Of a DNA stretch of 64,000 bases, positions 60,191 through 64,000 are shown one piece after another. The stretch's first letter is position 1, and the number at the start of each line of letters is the position of its first letter. The notes under the pieces were generated by a model. That model saw nothing but the letters and a program-made list of their open reading frames with translations. It was not told where the DNA came from and did no database searches. Source of the stretch: an uncultured delta proteobacterium (GTDB lineage: Bacteria; Desulfobacterota; Binatia; Binatales; Binataceae); assembly GCA_963808235.1 (NCBI GenBank), contig CAWEEQ010000004.1, forward strand, positions 896,001 through 960,000, written 5' to 3'. The position numbers were made by a program, and so were the translations under genes.

Positions 60191-61919
60191 GCAGCGGGAT
60201 GGGATTGGCGCGCCGCCCACCGATGCGCATTGGGATCACGAGTTCGACGTCGTCGTAGTCGGCTCCGGCGCGGGCGGATTGACCGCTGCGATCGCCGCGC
60301 ATGACCTCGGCCAGTCCGTCGTCGTGATCGAAAAGAGCGACCAGTACGGCGGTACCAGCGCAATCTCCGGCGGCGGTGTATGGGTGCCATGCAACCATCT
60401 GCTCGATCGCTGCGGGCGCCGACGACAGCCATGACGACGCGCTCACTTATCTCAAGGCCGCTACTCGCGGGATGGTCGTCCGAGGCGCGCTTGCTCGCCT
60501 ACCTCGAGCACGCCCCGCGCATGGTGCGTTACCTCGAAGAGAAGACCTGTCTCAAGTATCGCGCGATGCCCGAATTACTCCGACTACTATCCCGCGCTGC
60601 CCGGCTCCAAGCCCGGTTATCGCACGATGGATCCGTTCCCGTTCAACGCTGCGCGGCTCGGCGACGAATTCGCGCGCATGCGTCCGCCTCAGCCGGGCAC
60701 GCTGATCGCGCGGCCGCGTCACGATGACCGCCGGCGAGGCGCACGTCATTCTTGTGCAAGGAGCGCGGCTGGATGCGCTCTTCATGCGTCGCATGGCGCG
60801 ATACTGGCTCGATCTGCCGTGGCGTTTTCGCAACAAGCGCGACCGCCGTCTGACGCTCGGCAGTTCGATGGTCGGATCGCTGCGCCGCTCGATGATGGAT
60901 CGCGGCATTCCGCTATGGCTCAACACCTCGCTCGATTCATTGGTCACCGATGCGCGCGGCGTCGTCGGAATTACTGCGACGCAGAACGGCACGCACGATT
61001 CGTATCGCGGCGCCGACGCGGCGTCATCCTTGCGGCGGGCGGCTTCGAGCACAATCAAGCGATGCGCGACGAGTACCTGCCCAAGCCGACGCGCGCCGAA
61101 TGGACCGTCACGCCGCCGTCCAACACCGGCGACGCGATTCGCGCAGGGCAGGGCGTCGGCGCGCAAGTTGCCCTGATGGATCATGCGTGGTGGGCGCCGA
61201 CGGTTTTCGTGATCGGCCGCGAGAAGCGCCGCGCGCTGTTCGTCGAGCGCAACCTGCCCGGATGCGTGATGGTCAATCGGCTCGGTAATCGCTTCGTCGA
61301 CGAGGCCGCGCCTTACAGCGAGATCGTTTACGCGATGTACGCCGACATCAGAAGAGCAACGCCAACATGCCCGCGTGGCTCATCTTCGATGCTGACTTCC
61401 GCCGCAAGTATCCATGCGGCCCACTGCTGCCGGGCATGGTCCGTCCCGACAAATCTCTGCCGTCCGCGTGGGCCGGGACAGTTTATTTCAAGGGCGACAC
61501 TCTCGATGCTCTCGCCGCGCAAATCGAAGTCGACGCAAAGGGCTTGCGCGAGACTGTCGAGCGGATGAATCAGTACGCCGTCAACCGGCGACGACAAGGA
61601 ATTCGGCAAAGGCAGCAACAATTTCGATCGCTACTACGGCGACGTTAACGTCAAGCCGAATCCGTGTCTCGCGCCGATCGCCAAGCCTCCCTTCTATGCG
61701 ATGCGCATCGACGCCGGCGACATCGGCACCAAGGGCGGCCTGCTCACCGACGAGTACGCGCGCGTCTTGCGCGACGACGGCCAGCCGATTCCCGGCCTCT
61801 ACGCGACCGGCAACACGTCCGCCGCCGTGATGGGTCCGAGCTATCCCGGCGCCGGCTCGACGCTCGGTCCCGCGATGACCTTCGGCTACATCGCCGCACA
61901 TCATCTCGCAGGAGTTTGA
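60187..61919 (+). CDS. 3-ketosteroid Delta1-dehydrogenase-like FAD enzyme, multiply frameshifted
   Basis: [58 protein letters not shown], distributed across frames. Confidence 0.8.
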
Positions 61920-61920
61920 G

Positions 61921-62773
61921 ATGTTGAAAGATCGCGTCGCTCTGGTAACCGGGGCAAGCCTCGGAGTCGGCAAAGGTATCGCGATCGCGCTCGGCGCCGC
62001 CGGCGCGACCGTCTATGTTACCGGGCGCAGCGGAAAAGCCGGCGACAATCCTTTCGGCGGCACGGTGTTCGCCACCGCCGAGGAGGTGACCAAGCGCGGC
62101 GGACGCGGAATCGCCGTCGTCTGCGATCATAGCGACGACGACCAGGTGCGTGCGCTCTTCAAGCGAATCGAGGATGAGTCCGGCCGCCTCGACATCCTGG
62201 TCAACAACGCCACCGCGATTCCCGACGGCCTCACCGAGTCGGGCCCGTTCTGGAAAAAGCCGCTCGATTTTGTGAAGGTGCTCGACGTCGGCCTGCGCTC
62301 CAACTATGTCGCGACTTGGCTCGCCGCGCCGATGCTCATCCGCAACGGCGGCGTGGTGTTCAACTCGTCCTCGCCGGGCGCAAAGGCCTACGTGCACGGC
62401 CCGGCTTACGGCGCCGCAAAGGCCGGAGTCGACAAGATGTCACACGACATGGCGCACGACTTCAAACCGCACAACGTCGTCGTCGTCTCGGTGTGGCTCG
62501 GCCTGGTGAAGACCGAAAAGGTGATGATGATCGACGTCAACAAATCGAAGTACGGCCCGATGCTCGCAGTAGCCGAATCGCCTGAGTTCGGCGGCCGCAT
62601 CATCGACGCGCTCTACAACGATCCCAAGCGTATGGAGCTGACCGGCCAGACATTTCTTCTCCGCCGAGCTGGCCGACCGCTACGGCGTCAAAGACATCGA
62701 CGGCAGCAATCCGCCGTCCGGCCGCGCCTTCCTCGGTCCCCCGACGGAATTCTCGCCGATGGTAATCGAATAG
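61921..62773 (+). CDS. SDR family oxidoreductase (DHRS1-like), one apparent frameshift near 62655
   Basis: TGASLGVGKG, LVNNA, YGAAK; removing one T restores TGQTFFSAELADRYGVKDIDG..* ending at 62773. Confidence 0.88.
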
Positions 62774-62802
62774 AAAGCCTGCTCCACCGCGTATCGGGGG
62801 AC

Positions 62803-63612
62803 CTATCGTGCTGCGGCGTCGTGCCCGTTTCCGACCTGACCATTGGCAGTGGGGCCGGAGGTTGAAGGCTTGGGACCCGCCAGCGTTTCGAACTCGCGCG
62901 CGAGTTGCTGGAATCTTTCCTTCAGGCCGAGGGCGGGCTCGAAGGATTGTGCCAGCTCGGCAAACCGTTCCTGGATCTTGCTCGCAGGTTCCATTACCGC
63001 GACCAGGTAGTTCAGATGATCGCGAAATGATCGCGACATTTCGGCGAGCTGATTCTGGATGCTCTTGAGCGGATCGAATTTCTCCGCAAGAACGCTTACT
63101 TCGCCATGAAATGCTTTCACCGGCGCATAAGCTAGCGCGAACTGACTCAGATGCTCGGCCAGCTCGGAGACCACCTCTAGTGCGCTGGTCGCATCTTTGC
63201 CCAGCCGGTCCACCTGAACGAACGCCGGGCCCATCTTGGACAGGCGCTCCTGAAATACCCTGATGGGCTCAAACATCTTGGCCACTTCAGCTGGCCCTGC
63301 GGGTAGATCGGTCTGGCTCATCGGATCGCCTCCATTGACTGTGTTCGTTTTGGCTCCATTGCTCGGAGAAGGATCGTTTGCCGGAACTGAGTCGAGCGCT
63401 ATAGGCGGCGGCTCACTCGCGATTGCTCCGTTTTGGTCGTGTTGATGGTTCGATGGCGGTTCAGGTTCCGAAGCCCCTCCGGAGTCGAGTACTCGCTTGC
63501 TTTGATCGTCGACATCCAATGCCCGAGCCCCAAGCAGGCGCTTGCGGAGCTCGTCGCTATTTACCACCTGCTCCGGCTCGGCCGGACGCTGCTCGCGACG
63601 AAACATGGCCAT
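62803..63612 (-). CDS. hypothetical protein, disordered N-half and amphipathic helical C-half
   Basis: 269-aa ORF with GAGG upstream; repeated F-E/D/A-P-x helical pattern. Confidence 0.6.
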   Translation of the reverse strand: MAMFRREQRPAEPEQVVNSDELRKRLLGARALDVDDQSKRVLDSGGASEPEPPSNHQHDQNGAIASEPPPIALDSVPANDPSPSNGAKTNTVNGGDPMSQTDLPAGPAEVAKMFEPIRVFQERLSKMGPAFVQVDRLGKDATSALEVVSELAEHLSQFALAYAPVKAFHGEVSVLAEKFDPLKSIQNQLAEMSRSFRDHLNYLVAVMEPASKIQERFAELAQSFEPALGLKERFQQLAREFETLAGPKPSTSGPTANGQVGNGHDAAAR

Positions 63613-63921
63613 AGTAGCCTCGTTCGATGCAAGCTTGATGCCAGTCCATCCTCGACTATTCGCATAGGCAGGATTTAACCGCTATTTCGTTGGGCTTTAT
63701 CGGCGGAAATCGCGAAAAGCAGGGCCGGCAGAGCATCGCCGCGGCCGCTCAGCTCTCTTACGTATTGTAGCAAATTTGCACTTTTTGAGCAGACACCTGA
63801 TGTAAAAAAGCAACCGCGTGACAAAGCGATTGCCAGATCAGGTCCCCCTCGGGGCCTTACAAATGAAATCCCGCCCGGTCGAACGCATCTCCGGAAGGGT
63901 GGGTCTAGACCGCAGGCTCGT

Positions 63922-63999
63922 TCAGGCGGCGAGCTTCAGTACCTTGCGGGCGTTGTCGCGGAGGAACTTCGGCCACACCTTGTCATGGAAGGGCACGGA
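63922..63999 (-). CDS. 3' end of a probable amidohydrolase-family gene (partial)
   Basis: SVPFHDKVWPKFLRDNARKVLKLAA*, resembling the amidohydro_2 C-terminal NA motif. Confidence 0.55.
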   Translation of the reverse strand, partial: SVPFHDKVWPKFLRDNARKVLKLAA

Positions 64000-64000
64000 C

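Noticed and set aside
59300-62700. Programmed ribosomal frameshifting or recoding
   Set aside because: Too many shifts and no consistent slippery sequences.

Overview
GC-rich bacterial chromosomal window with four blocks. (1) 1-24.3 kb is a glycogen/trehalose island: a partial sigma54 activator, glgE, a treS-maltokinase fusion, a reverse-strand glgX-treY-treZ-GH15-sugar ABC operon, then a nucleotidyltransferase, a GT4 and a debranching enzyme. Each transcription unit is preceded by a sigma54-type -24/-12 motif. (2) 24.5-34 kb is a Sec-type Rhs polymorphic-toxin locus. The full-length Rhs lacks the autocleavage motif and ends in a 3D/DPBB-like domain. An orphan Rhs-CT cassette is bracketed by 77-bp direct repeats, which are themselves bracketed by 19-bp inverted repeats; this is the most unusual structure in the window. 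(3) 34-51 kb holds transport, stress and housekeeping genes: MFS, ABC, Fpg-like, MarC, glutamate decarboxylase, HtrA, RND, a rhodanese-K+ channel fusion, PhyH, DUF4239, crotonase and GFA. (4) 51-64 kb holds steroid-degradation-like genes (kshA, LuxR-type regulator, hsaA-like, kstD-like, SDR) interrupted by a STAND-type nucleotide cyclase. The hsaA-like, kstD-like and SDR genes carry many single-base frameshifts that look like consensus errors. No rRNA, tRNA, CRISPR, integrase or transposase was recognised. All calls come from reading motifs by eye; no database searches were run.
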